A DNA stretch of 27,180 bases from a virus (Duplodnaviria > Heunggongvirae > Uroviricota > Caudoviricetes), in IMG/VR virus record IMGVR_UViG_2740892115_000003, one strand, 5' to 3'. Shown one piece after another: positions 16,866 to 25,147 of this stretch. Each line of letters opens with the position of its first letter. Within the stretch, counting starts at the first letter, position 1. A model generated the notes under the pieces. It was not told the DNA's origin and made no database searches. It saw nothing but the letters and a program-made list of their open reading frames with translations. Made by a program: the position numbers and the translations under genes.

Positions 16866-17666
16866 ATGATTACTCCTGCACAACAACACTGGCTGAACGT
16901 GATGGCACAGCGCGCAGGCCGGGCGAATGAAGGTGTGGACCACGCCGCGCGTACCGCGCATGAAGAGGTGCTGTATCGTCTGCGTCTGGCACAGGCCAGG
17001 CTAAAGGGCGTACAGGCCAGAAGCGCGAAAGCCGCCATCAAAAAAGAGTTGTTGCCGGATTTTTCCGGCTGGATTGAGGGAACGCTGGAAGCTGACGGCG
17101 GGCAGCAGGATGAAGTGATTGCCACGCTGATGGTGTGGGCGATTGACTGCGGCGATCTTCCGCTGGCGCTGCGTATTGGTGCATATGTGGTCCGTCACAA
17201 CCTCATCATGCCGGATAACTTTGGCCGTACTGCTGCCACGGTACTGACCGAAGAAATCTGCAACCCGGTACTGACGCAGGCCGGGACGGATGCCGACGCG
17301 GATTTATCCGCCTTTATCGAACCACTGGACACACTTTGGGAAATTGTCGCCAACCAGGACATGCCGGACGAAGTGCGCGCCAAATTATGCAAGGCGTGTG
17401 CCTTTGCCCGTCGTGGCCTGACCGATGCAGACAACATGGCCTCATCACTGAAGCTGCTGCGCGAAGCGATGCACCTGAACCCGAACGCAGGTGTGAAACG
17501 CGAGATTGCAACCCTTTCCCGCGCCCTGAAAAAAGCCGATTCCGCAGCCGCACCAGAAGACGCCAGCGCACAGCAGACGCAGGACGAAAGCAGCAAAAGT
17601 AAAAAGACAACGCAGAAGCCTGCAACACGAAAAATCACCGCGTCGCAGAAGGCGAAGCGCGGTTAA
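16866..17666 (+). CDS. M: Terminase small (endonuclease) subunit, P2 M-like
   Basis: 266 aa; KKELLP and MPDEVRAKL match P2 M as recalled; basic C-terminal tail. Confidence 0.85.
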   Translation: MITPAQQHWLNVMAQRAGRANEGVDHAARTAHEEVLYRLRLAQARLKGVQARSAKAAIKKELLPDFSGWIEGTLEADGGQQDEVIATLMVWAIDCGDLPLALRIGAYVVRHNLIMPDNFGRTAATVLTEEICNPVLTQAGTDADADLSAFIEPLDTLWEIVANQDMPDEVRAKLCKACAFARRGLTDADNMASSLKLLREAMHLNPNAGVKREIATLSRALKKADSAAAPEDASAQQTQDESSKSKKTTQKPATRKITASQKAKRG

Positions 17667-17769
17667 CGACTGACCCCGTCAGCGGGCGGCGTGCGCGGTG
17701 TTCCGGTTTGACTCCGTGACCGTTTACACCGCGCACCCACCGCCCGATTTTTTTTCAGGAGTGAACTCC

Positions 17770-18264
17770 ATGAGTATGGTTGCCAGAACTGAACCAGGAC
17801 CCGCAGAGGACGACATCACCGATACCGATGATGGCGACACTCGCATTTCAGCAGGTGCATTCTGGCCGGATATTGTGCTGCGCGAGCTGCGTCTGGCGGT
17901 ACGACTGCCGGGCCGCGTGACCACCTCCCGCCTGCTGCATACCGCCACTGGGGCCGTGGCTCACGTTACCCGCGAACTGGAAGCGTGGCAGCAGGAACAG
18001 CAGGCGGCTGGCCATCAGACGCTGGCCGATGTTCCGGCACCCGTAATTAACGGAGAAAGCGTCAATCTCTGGCACTGGCGCAATGCTGTTTATACCGCCA
18101 CACGTGCCCTGATTCTGGAGCGTTACCGCGATGCGGACACAACGGACAAGGGCGATCGCCGGGCGGACGCACTGGATATACAGACATCGGATTTGTGGCG
18201 CGATGTGAGCTGGGCCATCTCTGACATTCTGTGCCGCCCGCGAATCTTTGCGGAGTTGTGCTGA
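17770..18264 (+). CDS. L: Head completion/stabilisation protein, P2 L-like
   Basis: ATG at 17770 with CAGGAG RBS (ORF-track 17698 is upstream in frame); LADVPA, GES, DELWRD-like segments parallel P2 L. Confidence 0.8.
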   Translation: MSMVARTEPGPAEDDITDTDDGDTRISAGAFWPDIVLRELRLAVRLPGRVTTSRLLHTATGAVAHVTRELEAWQQEQQAAGHQTLADVPAPVINGESVNLWHWRNAVYTATRALILERYRDADTTDKGDRRADALDIQTSDLWRDVSWAISDILCRPRIFAELC

Positions 18265-18464
18265 TGAAAGTGAAGGCACTGGAAGACGACACCGTGGATT
18301 CGCTCTGTTTCCGGTACTACGGCACGACGCAGGGCGTCACCGAAAAGGTGCTGGATGCCAACCCCGGACTCTGTCAGCAGGTATTTCTGGACGCCGGGCA
18401 GGAAGTGGAGATGCCGGAGCCGGAGAAGAAGAAACGAGAAATGATTCAGTTGTGGGGGGAGTAG
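18264..18464 (+). CDS. X: Tail protein X (LysM-like)
   Basis: ATG at 18264 overlaps the L stop; MKVKALEDDTVDSLCFRYYGTTQGVTEKVLDANPGL parallels P2 X (MKTFALQGDTLDAICVRYYGRTEGVVETVLAANPGL). Confidence 0.8.
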   Translation: MKVKALEDDTVDSLCFRYYGTTQGVTEKVLDANPGLCQQVFLDAGQEVEMPEPEKKKREMIQLWGE

Positions 18465-18466
18465 CA

Positions 18467-18790
18467 GTGAGCACCATTCAAACAGGGATCACAGAGCAGG
18501 TTATTGCGTGGCTCTTTGACCACCTGCCAACGGTGTATGCAGTAGGCGCGGCTGTCAGCATTTCCGCGCTGATGAGTCTTTATGACGGACGAACACTGGT
18601 TCAGACCGTAACGGGATCGCTGGCGTGCGGCGTTCTTGCCATGGCCGTGGCCGGGTCGCTGCGCTTCTTCGGGATCCCTGAGGATGCAGTGACGTTTTTT
18701 GGTGCCTCAATCGGTTTTATGGGCGCAGAGAAAGCACGCGACAAGGTTATTGCAATATTTGATCGCAGGGTGAAGGAGAGGAACGAATGA
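18467..18790 (+). CDS. Holin (lysis protein, P2 Y position)
   Basis: GTG at 18467 with GGGGGAG RBS; about 108 aa with two or three hydrophobic helices and a charged C-terminus; directly precedes the endolysin. Confidence 0.6.
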   Translation: MSTIQTGITEQVIAWLFDHLPTVYAVGAAVSISALMSLYDGRTLVQTVTGSLACGVLAMAVAGSLRFFGIPEDAVTFFGASIGFMGAEKARDKVIAIFDRRVKERNE

Positions 18791-19179
18791 GCAACACATT
18801 TAAATTCAGCAGCCGAAGCGAAAAGAATTTGCAGGGTGTAAATCCTGATCTGGTGAAAGTGACCCGACGGGCGCTGGAAATCTCGGAAGTGGATTTTGGT
18901 ATCACCGAAGGATTGCGCAGTCGTTATCGTCAGAAGCAGCTCGTGACCACAGGCAAGAGCCAGACCATGAACAGTCGCCATCTCACAGGGCATGCCGTGG
19001 ATGTTGTGGCTTATGTCGGCAACCAGGTGTCATGGGAATGGCCGCTGTACGAAAAAATCGCAGCAGCATTCAGACAGGCCAGCCAGGAACTGAATATTCC
19101 GGTGGAATGGGGCGGCGACTGGAAGACCCTGAAAGACGGACCGCATTTTCAGTTACCACACGGAGCCTATCCGGCATGA
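18787..19179 (+). CDS. Endolysin, peptidase M15-type (L-alanyl-D-glutamate peptidase-like)
   Basis: 130 aa; SRHLTGHAVDVV metal-binding segment and overall pattern typical of VanY/M15 phage endolysins; start overlaps the holin stop. Confidence 0.75.
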   Translation: MSNTFKFSSRSEKNLQGVNPDLVKVTRRALEISEVDFGITEGLRSRYRQKQLVTTGKSQTMNSRHLTGHAVDVVAYVGNQVSWEWPLYEKIAAAFRQASQELNIPVEWGGDWKTLKDGPHFQLPHGAYPA

Positions 19180-19583
19180 AGCTCTGGCCCACGCTTGGCG
19201 TCGCTTTCCTTCTGATTGCCGCATGGGGAACATCCATGCGTCTGTCGTGGTCGCTGGGCCGGGAGAACGCCAGAAACGAAGCGCAGGCCAGCACCCTGAA
19301 AAGTACCGTCGACACACTGAATATCATCAGCGCCGGGGTACAGGATATGCAGCAGGTGCTGGCTCAGCTCCGCGCGGAAAATCAGCAACGCAATCAGGAC
19401 GGAGAGGTAAGACGTGAACAGCTACGCAACGATATTGCAAAAGATGAATGCGCCCACGCTTTGCCTGACGCTCGTTTTACTGACAGGTTGCGCAGGCACG
19501 CAGAACGCGCCAGGGCCAGCGCCGTCAGTCCGGCTTATACCGCAGACGCTGACCATGCCGGTAACGCCCCCCCCCTTCCCTGA
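19176..19583 (+). CDS. i-spanin (Rz/LysB-like)
   Basis: ATG at 19176 overlapping the endolysin stop; N-terminal TM helix WPTLGVAFLLIAAWG followed by coiled-coil-like sequence; the o-spanin gene is embedded in its 3' end. Confidence 0.7.
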   Translation: MKLWPTLGVAFLLIAAWGTSMRLSWSLGRENARNEAQASTLKSTVDTLNIISAGVQDMQQVLAQLRAENQQRNQDGEVRREQLRNDIAKDECAHALPDARFTDRLRRHAERARASAVSPAYTADADHAGNAPPLP

Positions 19584-19725
19584 CCCACCCACATGGGGAA
19601 ACCTCGGAATATGGGGCGACCGCCTTCTGGATGCACTGGAAACCTGTAACGCGGATAAACGGGCCATTGCTGAACTGGATAAGAGAATAGCCGAACTGAC
19701 ACACCAGACGGGAGTAACACAATGA
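19414..19725 (+). CDS. o-spanin (Rz1/LysC-like outer-membrane lipoprotein)
   Basis: GTG at 19414 with GGAGAGG RBS; signal peptide ending in lipobox LLTGC; Pro-rich; overlaps the i-spanin in another frame. Confidence 0.65.
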   Translation: MNSYATILQKMNAPTLCLTLVLLTGCAGTQNAPGPAPSVRLIPQTLTMPVTPPPFPDPPTWGNLGIWGDRLLDALETCNADKRAIAELDKRIAELTHQTGVTQ

Positions 19726-21602
19726 CCAGTAAGAACTTTGCACTGATTACAGCCATGACACAGGCTGAACTGACTCAAAAGGTGAATGAACATCTTGCGA
19801 AAGGGTGGCATCTTCAGGGGGAGACGCGGGTTGCCTACGAACCCGGCACCCCGTGGTATCTAATGCAGGCAATGGTGGCCGATGGCACTACAGACATCTC
19901 ACCTGATTCCCCCCAGCACGGCAGCGTGCCGGAGTGGTATTACGTGGTGGTACTTGCTGGTCAATCCAATGCCATGTCATATGGTGATGGAATGCCGCTG
20001 CCGGATTCTTACGATGCGCCCCACCCACGCATTAAGCAACTGGCCCGTCGCAACACAGTGACTCCCGGTGGTAAAGCATGCGCATTTAACGACATCATTC
20101 CGGCAGACCACTGCCTGCATGATGTTCAGGATATGAGCGCACTGAATCATCCGAAGGCAGACCTGAGCAAAGGGCAGTACGGCTGTGTCGGCCAGGGCTT
20201 ACATATTGCCAAAAAACTGCTTCCGTATATCCCGAATAACGCGGGGATCCTGCTGGTACCATGCTGTCGTGGTGGTTCGGCATTCACCCAGGGCGCGGAG
20301 GGGACATTCAGTGCGGACACGGGGGCCAGCCAGGATTCGGCGCGCTGGGGTGCGGGTAAGCCGTTATATCAGGACCTGATCGCACGCACCAAAGCGGCAT
20401 TACAGAAGAACCCGAAAAATGTGTTGCTGGCGGTGTGCTGGATGCAGGGCGAATTTGACATGAGCGCTGCCACCTACGCACAGCAACCGGACCTGTTCAC
20501 GGCCATGCTGAAGCAGTTCCGTACTGACCTTTCCGGATTTAACGCGCAGTGCCATGGCGGCAGTGCTGCAGTTGTACCGTGGATTTGTGGCGACACGACG
20601 TATTACTGGAAAAACACATACGGCACACAGTATGACTCCGTCTACGGCGCGTACAAAAACAGGGAGAGCGACAACGTTTTCTTTGTGCCGTTCATGACCG
20701 ACGGTAACGGCAACAACACGCCCACCAACTTACCGGCAGAAGACCCGGATATTGCTGATGCAGGTTATTACGGCGCGCAATCCCGTAGTAATGGTAATTG
20801 GGTATCGTCAAATCGTCCGACACATTTCAGTTCATGGGCGCGCAGGGGCATTATTTCGGATCGCCTGGCAACCGCTATTCTGAACGCAGTTGGTCGAACC
20901 AGCGCCTTCATCAGCGGTACCGCACCGGAGATTAAACCCTCGCCCGGCGGCGACACGCCATCGGGGCCGTCTGATGGTGACACATCCGTTCGTACAGTCT
21001 CCCTGCTGCCGACAGCCGGAGAGGCTGCTGCGCAGGGCTGGACCATCACCGGCGGCAGTGTTGCGCTGGAAGATGGTGTGTTTAAGGTTACCAAGCAGAG
21101 CAATAAAACCTGGTCCCTGATGCATCCGGTGGATGACGCAGTCTCCCTGCTGACACGGGGTGGCAGACTGAGCTGTAAGTTTCGACTGTCAGGCGCACTG
21201 ACCAACAACCAGTTCGGTCTGGGAATTTATCTGTATACCGATGTAGCGTTACCTGACGTCGTGGCGATGACCGGGACTGGTAACCCGTTCCTGATGTCGT
21301 TCTTCACCCAGACCACAGACGGCAAACTGAATCTGATGCATCACAAGAAAGCCGGAAACACAAAGTTGGGCGAGTTCGGGAATTACAGTAACGACTGGCA
21401 GACGCTGGAGCTGGTGTTCACCGCCGGCAGTGCCACGGTTACTCCGAAACTGAATGGAGTGGCTGGCCCGGCATTCCAGGTCATAAAAGACAGTCTGACA
21501 CTGGGGCTGAATGCGCTGACGTTAACTGATATCACTAAAAATGCCGCGTACGGCGTCGATATCGGTAGCCTGGTGCTGGAAATCAATAATCCCGCAGCAT
21601 AA
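19722..21602 (+). CDS. Prophage NanS-p-like sialate O-acetylesterase (SGNH/SASA domain plus C-terminal beta-rich domain)
   Basis: 626 aa; N-terminal domain MTSKNFALITAMTQAELTQKVNEHLAKGWHL; esterase motif VVVLAGQSNAMSYGDG (catalytic Ser in GQSN); architecture and length match the NanS-p esterases of E. coli Stx prophages. Confidence 0.75.
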   Translation: MTSKNFALITAMTQAELTQKVNEHLAKGWHLQGETRVAYEPGTPWYLMQAMVADGTTDISPDSPQHGSVPEWYYVVVLAGQSNAMSYGDGMPLPDSYDAPHPRIKQLARRNTVTPGGKACAFNDIIPADHCLHDVQDMSALNHPKADLSKGQYGCVGQGLHIAKKLLPYIPNNAGILLVPCCRGGSAFTQGAEGTFSADTGASQDSARWGAGKPLYQDLIARTKAALQKNPKNVLLAVCWMQGEFDMSAATYAQQPDLFTAMLKQFRTDLSGFNAQCHGGSAAVVPWICGDTTYYWKNTYGTQYDSVYGAYKNRESDNVFFVPFMTDGNGNNTPTNLPAEDPDIADAGYYGAQSRSNGNWVSSNRPTHFSSWARRGIISDRLATAILNAVGRTSAFISGTAPEIKPSPGGDTPSGPSDGDTSVRTVSLLPTAGEAAAQGWTITGGSVALEDGVFKVTKQSNKTWSLMHPVDDAVSLLTRGGRLSCKFRLSGALTNNQFGLGIYLYTDVALPDVVAMTGTGNPFLMSFFTQTTDGKLNLMHHKKAGNTKLGEFGNYSNDWQTLELVFTAGSATVTPKLNGVAGPAFQVIKDSLTLGLNALTLTDITKNAAYGVDIGSLVLEINNPAA

Positions 21603-21625
21603 GGAAGAGCAGGAGAGCAAAACAG

Positions 21626-22093
21626 ATGCTTAAGACAAACAGTCTGCGAGAGTCCATGCTTCATGGGTGTCGGTGGTGCCAGGCTAATCCCGAGAAATTC
21701 ACCATTTTCGTGGAGAGCGGCAACATTGAAACGACCGGAGAAGCGCCCTCGTTTGTTTACCGCTATCAGATGGTGATGTTTGTCATGGATTACGCCGGAG
21801 AGCTGGACGACCTCACGCTGCCGCTGCTGGCGTGGTTATCCGAAAATCAGCCACAGTTGTTGCTCAATCCGGAGCGTAATCAGGACATCAAATTTTCTGC
21901 CGTTATCAATGACGATGACAGCGCCGATCTCCTGTTTACGCTCCCCCTGCGGGAACGCGTTCGCATCACGCGCAACAGTCAGGGCACACCGCAGGCAGAA
22001 CACCTGCCGGAGCCAAAACCCCGTCTGCCTTCTTCCGAAGGCGACTGGTCGCATGTATTCCAGGATGTGACGTGGGGTGAAAGCGATGGATAA
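21626..22093 (+). CDS. R: Tail completion protein, P2 R-like
   Basis: 155 aa; MLKTNSLRESML..., LPLLAWLSENQP parallel P2 R (MLKPDSLRRAL..., VPVLAWLRENQP). Confidence 0.8.
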   Translation: MLKTNSLRESMLHGCRWCQANPEKFTIFVESGNIETTGEAPSFVYRYQMVMFVMDYAGELDDLTLPLLAWLSENQPQLLLNPERNQDIKFSAVINDDDSADLLFTLPLRERVRITRNSQGTPQAEHLPEPKPRLPSSEGDWSHVFQDVTWGESDG

Positions 22094-22721
22094 GGCATTC
22101 ACCAGCGTGGATGAAACCTTTGAGGCTATCCGCGACAGCCTGAATCAGCAGGCCATCAATAACATCGCCAGAAAGCTGGCACAGGATTTACGTCGCGCCC
22201 AGCAGGCACGTATCCGGTCACAAAAAGCGCCGGACGGGACCGAATGGACACCACGCAGACGCCGCGTAACCCGGATACAGGAGCGCATTCGCTTTATCTG
22301 GAATAACGAAGCACGCACGCTGAAAAACTGGCATCACGACACAGGGAAATACGGGCGAACCATTACCGGGTGGGATGAGGATAAAAACAATATCCGCACG
22401 TTTTACCGGGATGACATCGACCGTTTTCTGGAAATACGCACCCGGCGCATCAACCAGGACAGCACAAAGCGCGTCCCCATGTTCGTAAAACTGCGCACCG
22501 CCCGCTACCTGAAAGCCCGTGCAGATGCTTCCGGTGTGACGGTGGGTTACAGCGGCGTGGCCGCACGTATTGCCCGCGTTCATCAGTTCGGTGAGCGCGA
22601 TCAGGTTGCGCCGGGCATTTTCACCGATTACCCGGTACGTGAGCTGCTGGGTATCAGCCAGGCAGATGAGCGCCTGATTTATAACACGGTGCTGGGCCGG
22701 ATTGCGGAGGCTGTACGGTGA
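22086..22721 (+). CDS. S: Tail completion/virion morphogenesis protein, P2 S-like
   Basis: Start taken at ATG 22086 (GGGGTGA upstream; ORF-track 22077 is GTG); position between R and V. Confidence 0.75.
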   Translation: MDKAFTSVDETFEAIRDSLNQQAINNIARKLAQDLRRAQQARIRSQKAPDGTEWTPRRRRVTRIQERIRFIWNNEARTLKNWHHDTGKYGRTITGWDEDKNNIRTFYRDDIDRFLEIRTRRINQDSTKRVPMFVKLRTARYLKARADASGVTVGYSGVAARIARVHQFGERDQVAPGIFTDYPVRELLGISQADERLIYNTVLGRIAEAVR

Positions 22722-23299
22722 GCGCAGAACTCATGCGACTGCTGAGCAATATCATCCGCACCGGGATCATCTCTGAAGTTGATGAGAAGTCCTGGCGCGT
22801 GCGCGTTCGCAGCGGCGAACTGGAAACAGGCTGGCTGCGCTGGAACACCACGCGCGCGGGAGCCTTCAATGTGTGGCTGCCGCCATCACCAGGCGAACAG
22901 GTGGTAATTGCCTGCATTGGCGGCAACCCGGAAACCGCCATGATAATTGGCAGCCTGTGGAGTGATGCCAGTCCGGCCCCCGGCAAAAGCCTGAAAGAAA
23001 TCGTGATCAGCGCGCCGGACGGCGCGGTGTTCCGCTACGACGCGGACGCAGGCGCACTGAGCGCCAGCGGCATGAAAACGGCCACTTTACAGGCATCCGT
23101 CAGCGTGAAACTGGACACGCCCGTCGTGGAATGCACAAACCTTCTGAGAACGGCGACGCTTGACGTCACAAAAGGAGGAAAGATGAGCGGCAATATCACG
23201 CACAGCGGCGGCAACTTCACCTCAAACGACATCACGGTGCATACGCATAAACACGGTGGCGTGAAAGGCGGCAGCGATTCGACAGGAGGCCCGCAGTGA
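22718..23299 (+). CDS. V: Baseplate spike protein, P2 V-like
   Basis: GTG start with GGAGG RBS; 193 aa; Gly-rich C-terminus; sits where P2 V does. Confidence 0.8.
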   Translation: MSAELMRLLSNIIRTGIISEVDEKSWRVRVRSGELETGWLRWNTTRAGAFNVWLPPSPGEQVVIACIGGNPETAMIIGSLWSDASPAPGKSLKEIVISAPDGAVFRYDADAGALSASGMKTATLQASVSVKLDTPVVECTNLLRTATLDVTKGGKMSGNITHSGGNFTSNDITVHTHKHGGVKGGSDSTGGPQ

Positions 23300-23646
23300 C
23301 AACCCGCTACACAGGAATGAATCCGGACGGGACGGGAAACCTGAACGATATGGAGCACCTGAAACAGTCAGCCAGGGACATCCTGACCACCCCGCTGGCC
23401 AGCCGGGTTATGCGACGGGAATATGGCAGCCTTGTACCTGATTTGATTGACGAACCCATGAATAACACCACGCGTCTGCAATGCATGAGTGCTGCCGTGA
23501 TTGCGCTGACACGATGGGAACCCCGCATTGCCCTGGACGCCATCGACGTTGTCTGGAAAGCGGGAGGCCGCGCCGGGGTGACGCTGTCGGGCACTGTCAT
23601 GCAGACCATGCAGAATGTTGAGTTAACCATCACGCTGAGGGAGTAA
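23296..23646 (+). CDS. W: Baseplate wedge protein, P2 W-like (gp25/GPW family)
   Basis: GTG start with CAGGAGG RBS; 116 aa; sits where P2 W does. Confidence 0.8.
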   Translation: MTTRYTGMNPDGTGNLNDMEHLKQSARDILTTPLASRVMRREYGSLVPDLIDEPMNNTTRLQCMSAAVIALTRWEPRIALDAIDVVWKAGGRAGVTLSGTVMQTMQNVELTITLRE

Positions 23647-23649
23647 ATC

Positions 23650-24546
23650 ATGCCTGCTGTTGACCTTTCCCAGTTACCGGAACCCGCCATCATCGCGAAG
23701 CCTGATTTTGAGGCAATTCTGGCTGACACAAAGGCCATGATGATTGCGTCCTATCCTGCCGAACAGCGTGAAGCCGTCTCCGCCGCGCTGGAGCTGGAAT
23801 CAGAACCCCTGAACGTTATCGCCCAGACAACAGCGTTTCGTGAAATGCTGTTACGCCAGCGGGTCAATGAGGGTGCACGCGCCTGCATGTTAAGCCACAG
23901 CGCCGGGACAGACCTGGACAACCTCACGGGCAATATGAACACAAAGCGCCTGGTTATCACTCCGGCAACGGATACCACCGACGCGGTGATGGAAAGCGAC
24001 ACATCGCTGAGACTGCGGGCGCAACGGGCGTATGACGGTCTGAGTGTTGCTGGCCCGTCAGGCGCATACGAGTATTTTGCACGCAGCGCCAGCGGTCTGG
24101 TACGCGACGCGCGAGCCATCAGCCCGTCTCCGGCCAACGTGACGGTTTCCATCCTGTCCACTGAAGGCGACGGCACAGCAACGGAGGCGTTGCTTAATAC
24201 CGTTCGCGCCGTTCTGAATGCAGAGGATACCCGCCCGGTGGCCGACCGCCTGACCGTACAGAGCGCCAGAATCGTGACATGGCGGCTGAATGCAAAACTG
24301 TACTTTTACCCCGGCCCGGAATCCGAACCTATTCTGGCCGCGGCTGAATCGTCGTTCAGGAAGTGGCTGGCTGAGCAGGGGCTTATCGGTCAGGACGTGG
24401 CGTTGTCCGCCATTGCTGCCGCACTGCATGTGCACGGTGTGCAACGCGTGGAGATAATCGAACCCACACAGAATATGGCCATCAGCGACATACAGGCGGC
24501 GCGCTGTGAGTCATTCACCATCAGCGAAGGTGGACGCAATGAGTAA
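23650..24546 (+). CDS. J: Baseplate assembly protein, P2 J-like
   Basis: 298 aa; directly follows W, as in P2. Confidence 0.8.
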   Translation: MPAVDLSQLPEPAIIAKPDFEAILADTKAMMIASYPAEQREAVSAALELESEPLNVIAQTTAFREMLLRQRVNEGARACMLSHSAGTDLDNLTGNMNTKRLVITPATDTTDAVMESDTSLRLRAQRAYDGLSVAGPSGAYEYFARSASGLVRDARAISPSPANVTVSILSTEGDGTATEALLNTVRAVLNAEDTRPVADRLTVQSARIVTWRLNAKLYFYPGPESEPILAAAESSFRKWLAEQGLIGQDVALSAIAAALHVHGVQRVEIIEPTQNMAISDIQAARCESFTISEGGRNE

Positions 24547-25147
24547 TTCGTTGTTACCACCATCAGCCAGCAATTTCATGCGTTGTGCCGAAGCCGTCGG
24601 AACACGCATTACAGACATTCCGGTAGACCTCAACACGCTGTGGTCGCCGGACACCTGCCCGGTGCATCTGCTGCCTTATCTCGCCTGGGCGTTTTCCGTT
24701 GACCGCTGGGATCGCAACTGGCCGGAAGAGACAAAGCGACAGGTGATTCGTGATGCATGGCTGATACACCGACACAAAGGGACCATCAGCGCACTGCGAA
24801 GAGCCGTGGAGCCTCTCGGCTACCTGATTGAAGTAAAGGAGTGGTGGCAACTCAACGAGGAGCCGGGAACATTTCGCATTGTTGTCGGAGTACTTGATCA
24901 GGGCATCACCGATGAAATGTATCAGGAACTTGAGCGCCTTATTGCGGATGCAAAACCAGTAAGTCGCCATCTGACGGGGCTGGCGATCAGCCTGAGTGTG
25001 AACGGAAAGATTTTCGTTGGTACGGGATGCTATCACGGCGATGCCCTGACGGTTTATCCCTACACCCCGGAGTCCATTATTGTCGAAGGGGATTATTTCC
25101 CTGCCCCGGCCATTCATTTAATTGATAATCTGAGAGTAAACGCATGA
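24539..25147 (+). CDS. I: Tail protein, P2 I-like
   Basis: ATG at 24539 overlapping the J 3' end (ORF-track 24506 is upstream in frame); 202 aa. Confidence 0.8.
   Translation: MSNSLLPPSASNFMRCAEAVGTRITDIPVDLNTLWSPDTCPVHLLPYLAWAFSVDRWDRNWPEETKRQVIRDAWLIHRHKGTISALRRAVEPLGYLIEVKEWWQLNEEPGTFRIVVGVLDQGITDEMYQELERLIADAKPVSRHLTGLAISLSVNGKIFVGTGCYHGDALTVYPYTPESIIVEGDYFPAPAIHLIDNLRVNA

Noticed and set aside
20768-21208. Minus-strand ORFs inside the esterase gene
   Set aside because: Antisense to a well-supported 626-aa CDS; Pro/Ser/Arg-rich translations.
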